Shown: positions 46,746 to 56,334 of the stretch, in pieces
Layout of the letters: each line of letters opens with the position of its first letter
Numbering within the stretch: position 1 is the stretch's first letter
The notes under the pieces: generated by a model
What the model saw: only the letters and a program-made list of their open reading frames with translations
What the model was told of the DNA's origin: nothing
Database searches by the model: none
Position numbers and translations under genes: made by a program
DNA from: an uncultured Coriobacteriaceae bacterium
GTDB taxonomy: Bacteria; Actinomycetota; Coriobacteriia; Coriobacteriales; CADBOM01
Assembly: GCA_964581165.1 (NCBI GenBank)
Contig: CAZOMM010000001.1
Location: forward strand, 14,560 to 78,559
Direction of reading: 5' to 3'
DNA: 64,000 nucleotides

Positions 46746-47667
46746 TACTTACCAGTACAATCCCTAGACCTAAGCCTATAAGAACTGCTACTGCGGGTTG
46801 TTTGGAGTAAAAGAGCATAAAAGACTCCGGCAAAATTTCTCCAAACAACACGTAGAGCATTGCGCCGCTGGCAAAGGCGAGACACATCGACATCCAAAAT
46901 ATGCCGACTTCGCCAATCCAAAAGCCAAGCAGGGCACCAATTACCATAAAAGTACCTACTGCTGCACCAGCTAGAACAGCCTTTGTTTTGGAGGTTCCGG
47001 AGTGCAGCAGGGGTATAGCCATCGACATAGACTCGGGGATGCTATGCAGGCCTAACAGCACTGAAATGATCACCCCCGACATCACCATTGTTCCATTTGG
47101 GCTGACAAAAGAACCGCCTATGCTCATGCCGGCTGGAAGGTTATGCATGGCAATTGCAATAGCCATTACCATGCCAGCAACTTTCATCTGCTCTTTTGGC
47201 TTGGGTTGCAGGCTATCATCCACGTTGCTGTGGACTTGCTCAATAGGGGAGCGATCAAAGAAATCGCCAAGCTCATCTTCTGTGTGCAGGGGGTGAGAAT
47301 TACCCGAATCCAAGTTTTCGAACTCTTCAGAATCTACTGAGCTGTCTGGACTGCAGATCTCACAAGAACGAGTATGCTTTTGGGCACGAAGAGTTACAAC
47401 TTTTCCTAAAACACCAACTATTGCAGCACCTGCGGCGACAAACAGTAGCACTAAAAACACATGTCCAATGCTGTCGTTTAGTTCTAGTGCCTCGGGTATA
47501 AAGTCAAAGCAAATAATGGCCAGCATTAAGCCTGCTGCAAAGCTCAAAAGCATACTGACAAGTTTGTTAGAGCTCAGATCAAAAAAACTTGCAATTCCCG
47601 CTCCCAAGGCACTACTGCCAATGCCTGTAATGCAAACGGTAAGCAGCATCCAGCCAAGCATTTCCAT
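46741..47667 (-). CDS. ZIP-family divalent metal transporter
   Basis: TM pattern with HNLPAGMSIG and GLHSIPESMSMAIPL motifs, and an acidic/His-containing cytoplasmic loop. Confidence 0.8.
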   Translation of the reverse strand: MEMLGWMLLTVCITGIGSSALGAGIASFFDLSSNKLVSMLLSFAAGLMLAIICFDFIPEALELNDSIGHVFLVLLFVAAGAAIVGVLGKVVTLRAQKHTRSCEICSPDSSVDSEEFENLDSGNSHPLHTEDELGDFFDRSPIEQVHSNVDDSLQPKPKEQMKVAGMVMAIAIAMHNLPAGMSIGGSFVSPNGTMVMSGVIISVLLGLHSIPESMSMAIPLLHSGTSKTKAVLAGAAVGTFMVIGALLGFWIGEVGIFWMSMCLAFASGAMLYVLFGEILPESFMLFYSKQPAVAVLIGLGLGIVLVSI

Positions 47668-47670
47668 GCT

Positions 47671-49026
47671 TTAGAAGAGTCCCGCCATTGGCATATCGTC
47701 GGGTATCGGTGCCTCAACATCTTGGTAATTAATCTTTGCAGTTTCCAAAAGCCATTTGTGGGCCTTAAGCCTTCGTGCAACTTCTATTACTGCATACATA
47801 CGTCCACTTTCGGCAAACTGTTGTTTGGCCTCTTCTTCTTGTCCAGGAGCAAATGCATGGTAGGCTTCTTCGATATCCTCATCGTCAAGACCATCAAACT
47901 TTTCTTCAAAGAGTTTATCCAAAGAGAGGCCTTGTCTAATTACATTGCGGGCCTGCATCATGATCTGTAGATTCATTTGCTGCTGATCAAGGCTGTTTTC
48001 TTGCATGAATTCTTCCATGGTTTTGCCCTGCTGGCGTAAATTTGCCTGGAAGTTTTGGTAGATGCTAGCCGCTGCTGTTTCGTAGATTTCGTCTGCGATT
48101 TTGCCCTCAAATCTAAGAGAGAGCTCATAATCTACAAGCTGTCCAAGCTCCTGATCTGTTTGCTGCTGAAGGTTTTGTGAGAGTTCCTCGCGAATAGTAT
48201 TGCGAAGCCCCTCAAGGTTGACTGCATCTGGCATATTTTCTTCGATCCAGGCATCGCTAATCTCGGGGACTACTCTGCGTCTTAGTTCGGTGATTGTAAC
48301 GCTTGTGGTGTATATCTCAGTATTGTCCTCATCCATGGTTCCTTCGCGAGGACCTTCGAAGTTAAAAGTCTTTGTTTCGCCAACTCGCATGCCCTCAATA
48401 TTGTCAATAAAGTCTTTTGGCATAAAGCCATAAGAAAGCTCCAACAGCCTGCCATCTCCACAAAGGCCATTTACTTCTGTGCCGCCTTTTACCGTGTGCA
48501 TATTAATGATCATAAATTGACCCTTTTGCACAGGCTCGCCGTTATCTTCTATTTTTTCGTATGCAGTATTTATTTCAGCAATTTGCTCAATTTTTTTGTC
48601 GATGGCTTCTTCTGGAGCTACATAACGGTTAACTGTAACTTCAACCGGATCAAAAGAAGACAGAGTATATTTGGGCTTGAGTAGGACATGGATGGTAAAG
48701 GTAAAATCTTCGTCTCGCTGAGGCATCTCGTCTGAGCTGCACTGAGGTTCGAAGGCCATGTTTAGGTCTTCTTCGTCGTTGATGATAAACGGAGATATTC
48801 TTCCCATTACATGATTTTGCAAAAGCATATTGAACTGCTGCTCGTCCATCTGATCCCTCAAAACTTCTTCGGGATCCTTTCCTTCGGGAACATGAACTCG
48901 CAAAGTTCTGACCATGGTATCTAAGGCTGCGTCGATTGCCTCAGATGTAGTTTGACCATCAACAGTAACGTAAAATTCTATTTTGCTGCGCCCTATAGGC
49001 TTTTTGATTAGCTTTGTGACTTCCAT
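47671..49026 (-). CDS. tig: trigger factor
   Basis: N-terminal ribosome-binding-type domain, a central FKBP-like segment (GQFMIINMHTVKGG...GFMPKDFIDNIEGMRVGETKTF) and a helical C-terminus. The start may be the ATG at 49026 or the TTG at 49050. Confidence 0.8.
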   Translation of the reverse strand: MEVTKLIKKPIGRSKIEFYVTVDGQTTSEAIDAALDTMVRTLRVHVPEGKDPEEVLRDQMDEQQFNMLLQNHVMGRISPFIINDEEDLNMAFEPQCSSDEMPQRDEDFTFTIHVLLKPKYTLSSFDPVEVTVNRYVAPEEAIDKKIEQIAEINTAYEKIEDNGEPVQKGQFMIINMHTVKGGTEVNGLCGDGRLLELSYGFMPKDFIDNIEGMRVGETKTFNFEGPREGTMDEDNTEIYTTSVTITELRRRVVPEISDAWIEENMPDAVNLEGLRNTIREELSQNLQQQTDQELGQLVDYELSLRFEGKIADEIYETAAASIYQNFQANLRQQGKTMEEFMQENSLDQQQMNLQIMMQARNVIRQGLSLDKLFEEKFDGLDDEDIEEAYHAFAPGQEEEAKQQFAESGRMYAVIEVARRLKAHKWLLETAKINYQDVEAPIPDDMPMAGLF

Positions 49027-49288
49027 AAGCCTCTCAATCCTTCCTGCCAAATACCAGACCTACGTTTTAGTCCCACGTATCAAATAATGGTTCAGCGGCA
49101 TGTTTATCATTTTGCAAACAGCCCTCAATTTTAGTTCTAAAGCTGTGTTACGTCAGTGCTAAATCGGGCTGTCTCGGCTTTACGTGCGGGCTTTAAGGTA
49201 GGAAGACTTGAGGCAGGCTTATGCACAGCCGTTCAATGATCAAGTCGATTCTGCTTTGGCATAGATTTGAGTTTTGAATAAGTTCAAG

Positions 49289-49436
49289 TGGCGCTGTGGC
49301 TGTGGTGTTGTAGCTGGGGGACGTGGCCGTAATGCTGCGACTGGGGGGCGTGGCTGGGGGCGTGGCTGGGAGGGTGTGACTGTACTGTTGTGGCTGGGGG
49401 TATGCTTGTAGTGCCACGACTGGGGGGCGTGGCTGT
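49289..49436. repeat. G-run-rich degenerate repeats (CTGGGGGGCGTGGCTG-like)
   Basis: Repeated units lie at about 49341, 49354, 49366 and 49420. A canonical G3+N1-7 x4 motif sits at 49343-49374. Confidence 0.85.
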
Positions 49437-49560
49437 AAAAATATTCGATCTACTGGAAAATAGATTATGCGCACTATCGTCTTAAGACAGTTAAAGAGTT
49501 ATGATCTGTTAACTGCTAGGCCAACAAACCTAGGCCAACAAACAGATGATAGGAGTTCAA

Positions 49561-49836
49561 ATGGCCGATCAACAAAACAAGCCAGCAAACCTCAATATCA
49601 CCGCTAAGCCTGAGGATCTTAAGGGTGTATATGCAAATATGTCGATCATCGCGTCGACTCCTTCGGAATCTAGAATAGATTTTGTTTACAACGATCATTC
49701 TCCAAACCCCGAGAGCAAGGCACCTTCTTATTTGGTGGCAAGGGTTATTCTGTCGCACAACCAGCTGGTGGCATTACATAACGCACTCACAGAGCATTTG
49801 GAGAAAAATCCGGGATTGAGAGGAAGCGCCAATTAG
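49561..49836 (+). CDS. DUF3467-family small protein
   Basis: The LNITAKPEDLKGVYANMSIIASTPSESRIDFVY...ARVILSHNQLVALHNAL pattern. AGGAG lies upstream of the ATG at 49561. Confidence 0.65.
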   Translation: MADQQNKPANLNITAKPEDLKGVYANMSIIASTPSESRIDFVYNDHSPNPESKAPSYLVARVILSHNQLVALHNALTEHLEKNPGLRGSAN

Positions 49837-50033
49837 TAGTAGTGGGCTTTTGTAGTGGACTTTCCATGCCTTTCCACGTCCCCGCCCCCTGGTGTCCAGG
49901 TTAAGGTTGCAGTGTCCAGGCTGCGATTTCAATCAAGCTTGCGTGTCCTTGTGTACCTTGTGTGCCCACTTGCCTTAGGGTACGTTGTATGCCCTTAGTT
50001 TTATAGCTATACTTCCAATTTGTTTTGATCCAT

Positions 50034-50110
50034 GGTGGGTGTAGCTCAGCTGGAAGAGCGACGGATTGTGGCTCCGTAGGTCGAGGGTTCGAGCCCCTTC
50101 ACTCACCCCA
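50034..50110 (+). tRNA. tRNA-His (anticodon GTG) with encoded G-1
   Basis: Hand-folded as G-1 + GTGGGTG acceptor, anticodon arm ACGGA-TTGTGGC-TCCGT, T-arm GAGGG-TTCGAGC-CCCTT, then CACTCAC-C-CCA. Confidence 0.9.
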
Positions 50111-50123
50111 GAAAATAGTTCTA

Positions 50124-50148
50124 GGCCGAGTGTTTTCTCGGCCTTTTT
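50124..50148 (+). terminator. intrinsic terminator after tRNA-His
   Basis: GGCCGAG (50124-50130) pairs with CTCGGCC (50137-50143), followed by TTTTT. Confidence 0.75.
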
Positions 50149-50275
50149 AATGCCCAGCTTGCTTGCGCTTGCGTGTGTACTTACTTGTTCGGATTGTGTG
50201 CTTGCTAGGCTTACGCTTGCGTACGTGCTTGTTCGCTTGCCTGTGCGTTTGCTTGTGTGGTTGATTAAAAAGGCC
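50149..50275. repeat. low-complexity GCTTGC/GTTTGCTT-type degenerate repeats
   Basis: gcttgcttgcgcttgcgtgtg...cgcttgcgtacgtgcttgttcgcttgcctgtgcgtttgcttgtg. The word family is the same as the repeat at 21031-21100. Confidence 0.75.
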
Positions 50276-50412
50276 GCTCACATGGCTTGCGAATAGTTCA
50301 GGATAAAAGAATTCTATACTCCTATAGTTATCTGTTTTACCTTAAGCCGTGTTTTCTGATAGACCACCAACGGATTACGCAGCTTAGGGTGGATTTGCGA
50401 AAGGTGGTACAG

Positions 50413-50688
50413 ATGGTTCTCTCTAAGGAGGATAAGGCCGAGCTTGTCAAAAAGTTTGGCAAGGGCGACGCTGATAGTGGCTCTCCCGAGGTTCAGGTTG
50501 CAATTCTTACTGCTCGTATCAAGATTCTTACCGAGCATCTTAAGGTGCACAAGAAAGATCACCATACAAGGCGCGGTCTTTTGATGTTGGTAGGCAAGAG
50601 GCGCAGGCTTTTAACCTACATAAAAAATCGTGACATCGAGGGATACAGAGCGCTGATTGCAGAACTTGGGATCCGCGACAACGTTTAA
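50413..50688 (+). CDS. rpsO: 30S ribosomal protein S15
   Basis: [35 protein letters not shown]... AAGGTGG lies upstream of the ATG at 50413. Confidence 0.92.
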   Translation: MVLSKEDKAELVKKFGKGDADSGSPEVQVAILTARIKILTEHLKVHKKDHHTRRGLLMLVGKRRRLLTYIKNRDIEGYRALIAELGIRDNV

Positions 50689-50704
50689 ACAAGGCTTGTT
50701 AAGT

Positions 50705-50874
50705 GAGGGGAGCTTAAAGGCTCCCCTCGTGTCTACTAGGGCCATAACTACCAAAGAGCAATCACAGTATTTAAACCACAGGTAATAGGGGCGGGTATCG
50801 TAGGGGCGATCCTCGTCCTGGGGACAATCAATTATTTGGAACCCCAAAGTAGGCAGTGACACAAAGGGTGTCAC
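50705..50874 (+). promoter_or_regulatory. structured rpsO-pnp intergenic leader (two stable hairpins)
   Basis: GAGGGGAGC/GCTCCCCTC form a 9-bp stem at 50705-50728, and GTGACAC/GTGTCAC pair at 50856-50874. No T-run follows either stem. Confidence 0.5.
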
Positions 50875-50897
50875 CGAAGAGAATGGATTGAATGTAA

Positions 50898-53099
50898 ATG
50901 GCAAAGATTACAGAGTCTTTTGATCTGTACGGTAAGACTTATACCTTCAGCACTGGAGAACTTGCCAAGCAGGCTACTGGATCGGTCGTAGTTACCCAAG
51001 GGGATACTACAGTGCTTGTAACTGCGGTTGTCTCCAAGGAGCAAAAGAACTATGACTTTTTCCCACTAACTGTGGACTTTATTGAGCGAATGTATGCTGT
51101 GGGAAAGATACCCGGAGGATATCTTAAGCGCGAGGGGCGTCCGTCTGAAAACGGGACGCTTACTGCTAGGATGATCGATCGTCCAATCCGCCCTGGCTTT
51201 GACGAGGGTTTTCGTAATGAGGTGCATATAGTTGCAACCCCATTGATTGCCGATCAGATTAATTCTCCTGATGTGATTTCGATTATGGGTGCATCGGCTG
51301 CCCTGATGGTTGGGGGCGTTCCTTTTGATGGACCTGTAGCTGGCGTTCGAATTGGTCGCAATCGCAATACTGGCGAGTTTATTGTTAACCCCACTTTTGA
51401 GGAGGAGAAATACTCCGACCTTGACCTTGTTCTTGCTGGAACCGAGACTTTTATTTCGATGGTCGAAGCTGGGGCTGAGGAGATCTCTGAAGAAGAGATG
51501 CTAGCTGCTATGGAATTTGGCCAGAAGGTTATTGGCGAGTTTTGTGCAAAGCAGCAGGAGTTCATCGATAAGCTTGCTCCAGAGAAGCTTGATTTTCCGC
51601 TTAGCCTTCCGGTGCCAGAGGTTCACGATCGTGTTTTTAAGTTTTATGACCAGATGGATGCAGCCCTTAAGGATGCCGACAAAGTGGCTCGCACCGATAA
51701 GGTTGAGGCTTTAAAAGAGGAAATACTTGCTACTTTTAGTGAGGACGAGAGAGCCGATTGGGAATCGGATATCGCTGCAGAGTTTAAGGCCCTCGAAAAG
51801 AAGGCCATGCGTACGATGATTCTCAGCACAGGTGAGCGAGTTGATGGGCGTGGAGTCAAAGAAATTCGCCCGCTTATGATCAAGCCTGGATACCTTTCAA
51901 GAGCACATGGCTCTGGTCTGTTTCAGCGTGGACAAACTCAGGTACTCTCGATTCTTACCTTAGGTATGCTTAACGAGTGGCAGCGTCTTGATACCATTGA
52001 TCCTAGCGATGGTAAGCGCTATATCCACCATTACAACTTCCCGCCATATTGCACCGGTGAGGTCGGCCGCATGGGCAGCCCCAAGCGTCGCGAGATTGGA
52101 CATGGCGCTCTTGCCGAGAGGGCTTTGAGTCCGGTAATTCCTAGCGAAGAAGAGTTTCCTTATACAATTCGCGTTGTTTCTGAGGTTTTAGAGTCCAACG
52201 GATCTTCTTCTATGGCTTCTACATGCGGATCTACTCTTGCTTTGATGGATGCAGGGGTACCCATTAAAAGGCCGGTGTCGGGCGTGGCAATGGGCCTCAT
52301 TAAAGAGGGCGACGATGTTGCAATTCTCACCGACATTCAAGGGCTTGAGGACTTTTTGGGAGACATGGATTTTAAGGTCTGTGGAACCGAGAAGGGCATC
52401 ACTGCTCTTCAGATGGACAATAAGGCCAAGGGTCTAAGTGTTGAAATTCTTGCGGATGCGCTGGCTCAGGCCAAAGAAGGTCGCAAGTTTATTCTCGATG
52501 CAATGCTGGCTCAGATCCCCGAACCTCGTGAGGAGCTTTCGGAATATGCACCTCGCATCATGACCATTCATATTCCGGTGGATAAGATTCGCGAGGTTAT
52601 CGGCAGCGGTGGCAAGGTAATTCGTAGCATCCAAGAAGAAACAGGGGCTACGGTAGAAATTCAAGAGGATGGAACAGTCTTTATTGCTTCTGGTGATACC
52701 AGTGGCGAAAAAGCTCGCAAGATGATCGAAGACATCGTGCGCGAGCCTGAGTTGGGCGAGGAGTTTCGCGGCAAGGTTGTTTCGATCCAGCCATTTGGAG
52801 CCTTTATTGAGCTTACTCCTTCAAAAGACGGCTTGCTACATATCTCCAAGGTAGCTAGAGGGCGTGTTGGTAAGGTTGAGGATGTTCTCAATATTGGAGA
52901 CAGCGTACATGTTGTTGTCACTGAGATCGATGACAAAGGCAAGATCTCGCTAGATAGACTCGATAAGCCCGAGGTTCCTAGGGGATCTACAGGCGATGGC
53001 TATGATAGCAAGCGCAGAGATGGCAGTAGCCGAAATCGCAATTACAGCAATTACGATACCGGCAGCACCCCCAAACGTGAGCCTAGGCGTCGTCACTAA
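50898..53099 (+). CDS. pnp: polyribonucleotide nucleotidyltransferase (PNPase)
   Basis: Two RNase PH domains, a KH domain and an S1 domain (GKVVSIQPFGAFIEL), with a basic C-terminal tail. Confidence 0.92.
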   Translation: MAKITESFDLYGKTYTFSTGELAKQATGSVVVTQGDTTVLVTAVVSKEQKNYDFFPLTVDFIERMYAVGKIPGGYLKREGRPSENGTLTARMIDRPIRPGFDEGFRNEVHIVATPLIADQINSPDVISIMGASAALMVGGVPFDGPVAGVRIGRNRNTGEFIVNPTFEEEKYSDLDLVLAGTETFISMVEAGAEEISEEEMLAAMEFGQKVIGEFCAKQQEFIDKLAPEKLDFPLSLPVPEVHDRVFKFYDQMDAALKDADKVARTDKVEALKEEILATFSEDERADWESDIAAEFKALEKKAMRTMILSTGERVDGRGVKEIRPLMIKPGYLSRAHGSGLFQRGQTQVLSILTLGMLNEWQRLDTIDPSDGKRYIHHYNFPPYCTGEVGRMGSPKRREIGHGALAERALSPVIPSEEEFPYTIRVVSEVLESNGSSSMASTCGSTLALMDAGVPIKRPVSGVAMGLIKEGDDVAILTDIQGLEDFLGDMDFKVCGTEKGITALQMDNKAKGLSVEILADALAQAKEGRKFILDAMLAQIPEPREELSEYAPRIMTIHIPVDKIREVIGSGGKVIRSIQEETGATVEIQEDGTVFIASGDTSGEKARKMIEDIVREPELGEEFRGKVVSIQPFGAFIELTPSKDGLLHISKVARGRVGKVEDVLNIGDSVHVVVTEIDDKGKISLDRLDKPEVPRGSTGDGYDSKRRDGSSRNRNYSNYDTGSTPKREPRRRH

Positions 53100-53121
53100 T
53101 CAATCGCTAAACAGCTATTTA

Positions 53122-53182
53122 GTTGCAGCCGCAAACGTTGCAGCCGCAAACGTTGCAGCCGCAAACTGTCTGCGGCTGCAAC
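53122..53182 (+). repeat. 15-bp unit GTTGCAGCCGCAAAC x3, followed by its inverted complement TGCGGCTGCAAC
   Basis: Units at 53122-53136, 53137-53151 and 53152-53166, with the complementary arm at 53171-53182 (12-bp stem possible with any of the three units). Confidence 0.85.
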
Positions 53183-53357
53183 GCGTTGACTGTAGCCAAA
53201 AGTTTGTGCGCGGCCCCAAAAGCCCACGCGTGGCCGCCTGTGTGTGGCCGAAGGTGTAAAGCTATTACAAGCAAGCCATTGCAGTCATTTAAGAGCTAAA
53301 GTTATCTTTATCCATTTCAGACTTGATTGCATTTTGTGACAGGACGGTTTTTAGCAG

Positions 53358-54629
53358 ATGTCTCAGATGTTTTATTCTACAAGCACTCTAGCCAATGGCT
53401 TGACGGTGCTGTCCGAGAATATGTCTGGCGTGCGTTCGATCACACTCGGCATATGGTTTAAGGTAGGCTCTCGAGATGAGCTTGATAGCGAGGCAGGCAT
53501 AAGTCACTTTATGGAGCATATGCTTTTTAAGGGAACGCCTACTCGTACAGCTGCTGATATTTCGATGGAATTTGACTCTATGGGAGCTGAGCTAAACGCC
53601 TTTACCTCTAGAGAATACACCTGCTTTTATGCAAGGTTTGTCGATGAGTATCTGGAGCGTGCCATCGAGATTCTTGCCGACATGCTGCTTAATTCTTCTT
53701 TTGCGCCCGACGATGTAGCAAGTGAGCGCAAGGTTGTCATAGAAGAAATTGCTAGGTGCGAGGACATGCCCGATGAGCATGTTTTTGATCTTTTGGGAGG
53801 CGAGATGTTTCCCAACTGCTCGCTTGGTCGCCCAGTTTTAGGTTACAGAGAAAGTGTCGGTGGCTTTACTCATGACGATCTGCTGAGCTATCACCAAAAG
53901 CATTATCACGCAGCTAATTGCACTGTTGCAGCTAGTGGCAATGTGGATCACGCCAAGCTAAGTGAGCTTGTAGAAAAATATCTGGGTCAAATGCCAGCTG
54001 GACAGCGAAATGTTAGACCCGAAATTTCGGTACTACCTGCAAGCTATCTGCGTACTGCTAAAAAAGATACTGAACAGGCAAATATCTTATTTGGCATCTA
54101 TGGTCTGCCGCTTGGACATGAGGACAGATTTGCTCAGGCGCTTTTAGATAGCACGCTTGGTGGCGGAATGTCATCTAGGCTTTTTCAAGAAGTTCGCGAA
54201 AAGCGAGGCTTGGCTTACTCGGTTTACTCGCTTACTTCTTCTTTTCAAGGTATTGGGATGTTTAACATCTATGCTGGGACTCAGCTTCAAAATCTTCCCG
54301 AGCTTATTCAGATAGTAAATACCGAGCTGGCTAAGATGCTTGATGGTGGTGTTGCAGCTGAGGAGCTCGAGAGAGTTAGGGCCTATGCGATTGGTCAGTC
54401 GATTTTGTCGATGGAATCTACGCGTACGCGCATGCTGCGTTTGGGCAGAGCATCGGTAGGTGATCTGGAGATTCTCTCTTTAGATGACAACATTGACAGA
54501 TATAAGCGAGTTACAGTGCAAGATATCGAGCGAATAACCAGTAGAATCTTGGATACAAAGCCGGTTATCGCAATTGTGAGTTCGGCTTCTGATGAGGAGA
54601 TTCGCAAACTTATCGAGGATGTGGTCTAG
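53358..54629 (+). CDS. M16-family zinc peptidase (pitrilysin-like)
   Basis: The inverted zinc motif HFMEHMLFKGT near the N-terminus, 423 aa. Confidence 0.85.
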   Translation: MSQMFYSTSTLANGLTVLSENMSGVRSITLGIWFKVGSRDELDSEAGISHFMEHMLFKGTPTRTAADISMEFDSMGAELNAFTSREYTCFYARFVDEYLERAIEILADMLLNSSFAPDDVASERKVVIEEIARCEDMPDEHVFDLLGGEMFPNCSLGRPVLGYRESVGGFTHDDLLSYHQKHYHAANCTVAASGNVDHAKLSELVEKYLGQMPAGQRNVRPEISVLPASYLRTAKKDTEQANILFGIYGLPLGHEDRFAQALLDSTLGGGMSSRLFQEVREKRGLAYSVYSLTSSFQGIGMFNIYAGTQLQNLPELIQIVNTELAKMLDGGVAAEELERVRAYAIGQSILSMESTRTRMLRLGRASVGDLEILSLDDNIDRYKRVTVQDIERITSRILDTKPVIAIVSSASDEEIRKLIEDVV

Positions 54630-55427
54630 ATGATCAAAGTGCTTGTAAGCGGCTTTAAAGGAAGCATGGGAGCCAAGGTAGTAGCTGCAGTAGATGCCGC
54701 AGAAGATATGCAGCTTTGTGGTGGATCTGATATTGCGGCTGTTCAGGGGGAGTTTGTTTGCACTGTTGATGGCAGACAACTTGCTCCAGGTTATGCAGAT
54801 TTGGATCTTGCAATTCGCGAGACTGCGCCTGATGTGATGGTTGACTTTACGCATCCTAGTGCTGTAGCCAAAAACATCGTGACTGCTCTTTCTCATGGTG
54901 TTGACTGTGTAATTGGCACTACGGGACTTAGTGATGAGGATCTCGAGAGGCTCTCAGCACTGATTCCTGAGGGTACAACACTTTTTGTTGCACCAAACTT
55001 CACTACTGGTGCTGTTCTGATGATGAAGTTTGCTCAAATGGCTGCAAAGTACTTCCCAGACTGCGAGATTATCGAGTTGCATCATAACCATAAGGCCGAT
55101 TCGCCAAGCGGAACGGCTGTTCGTACCGCTAACCTTGTTGCTTCTGCCCGTGATTTTGAGACCACGTCGCCTGGTAGAGAAACAGAGATTGAAGGTTGCG
55201 AGGGAGCCAGAGGCGCTTTAGTTAGCGGAGTCCCTGTTCACTCTGTACGTTCGGATGGTTATGTGGCCCATCAAGAGGTTATACTCGGATCTATGGGTCA
55301 AACATTAACTATTAGGCATGATTCCTATGATCGACTGTCTTATATGCCAGGTGTTTTGCTGGCAGTTAGAAATGTTGGCAGCAGGTCTGGTTTAATCGTA
55401 GGCCTCGAGAACTTTATGGAGGATTAA
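54630..55427 (+). CDS. dapB: 4-hydroxy-tetrahydrodipicolinate reductase
   Basis: ELHHNHKADSPSGTA signature. The ATG directly follows the M16 stop. Confidence 0.9.
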   Translation: MIKVLVSGFKGSMGAKVVAAVDAAEDMQLCGGSDIAAVQGEFVCTVDGRQLAPGYADLDLAIRETAPDVMVDFTHPSAVAKNIVTALSHGVDCVIGTTGLSDEDLERLSALIPEGTTLFVAPNFTTGAVLMMKFAQMAAKYFPDCEIIELHHNHKADSPSGTAVRTANLVASARDFETTSPGRETEIEGCEGARGALVSGVPVHSVRSDGYVAHQEVILGSMGQTLTIRHDSYDRLSYMPGVLLAVRNVGSRSGLIVGLENFMED

Positions 55428-55428
55428 T

Positions 55429-56331
55429 ATGAGCGCCACATCGCCTTTTGGGCGACTCATCCCAGCGATGGTTACGCCCTTCGACGCTAATCTCGATCTC
55501 GATTTGCCCCGTGCACAAGAGCTGGCTATCAGGCTTTTGGACGGAGGCTGCGATTCGGTGCTGGTAAATGGCACTACAGGTGAGTCGCCAACTGTTTTTT
55601 ATCCTCAAAAGATTGAGCTTTTTAGGGCGGTTATCGAGGCTGTTGATGGCCGCGCTCCAGTTATTGCAAATGTAGGCGATAACTGCACAGCAGATTCCGT
55701 TAGCTTTGCCAAAGATGTTGTAAAGCTTGGAGTTGATGGAATCATGCTTGTGGTTCCCTACTACAACAAGCCCCCGCAAGAGGGTTTATACAGACACTTC
55801 AGAGCAATTGCTCAGGCCGTTGACGTGCCGGCGATTCTTTACAACATTCCAGGACGCACGTCTATCAACATGACTGCTCAGACCACCCTTCGTCTTGCCG
55901 AAGATGTCGAGAATATAATTGCCGTAAAGGAGGCATCGGGTGATCTGGACCAAATAAAGGAGATCGTAGATGGGTCTCCGGATGGCTTTTTTGTCTACTC
56001 GGGAGACGATTCTTTAACTCTCCCCATCATGGAGCTGGGTGGATATGGAGTCATTTCGACCATTGCAAACGTGGCACCGCAGCGCATGAAGGAGATTGTA
56101 GAAGCCCAGGCCTCGGGTGATCATACTCGTGCGATCTCGTGCGATCTCAAACTTCAGCCTCTTATGAAAGAACTGTTCGTTACAACCAATCCAATACTTG
56201 TCAAAGAAGCTCTTAAGCTTTTGGGATTTCCTGTCGGTGGGCTTAGGCTCCCGCTCATCGATGCTACTCCGGAACAGTCGGAACATCTTGCTGAGGTCAT
56301 GCGCGAGGTAGGTGTTTTGACCGAGGAGTAA
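55429..56331 (+). CDS. dapA: 4-hydroxy-tetrahydrodipicolinate synthase
   Basis: NGTTGESPT and YNIPGRT motifs, 300 aa. Confidence 0.9.
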   Translation: MSATSPFGRLIPAMVTPFDANLDLDLPRAQELAIRLLDGGCDSVLVNGTTGESPTVFYPQKIELFRAVIEAVDGRAPVIANVGDNCTADSVSFAKDVVKLGVDGIMLVVPYYNKPPQEGLYRHFRAIAQAVDVPAILYNIPGRTSINMTAQTTLRLAEDVENIIAVKEASGDLDQIKEIVDGSPDGFFVYSGDDSLTLPIMELGGYGVISTIANVAPQRMKEIVEAQASGDHTRAISCDLKLQPLMKELFVTTNPILVKEALKLLGFPVGGLRLPLIDATPEQSEHLAEVMREVGVLTEE

Positions 56332-56334
56332 AAT

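Noticed and set aside
49193-49474. 93-aa Pro/Thr-rich minus-strand ORF
   Set aside because: It is simply the translation of the C-rich strand of the G-run repeat tract. It has no SD or start context.
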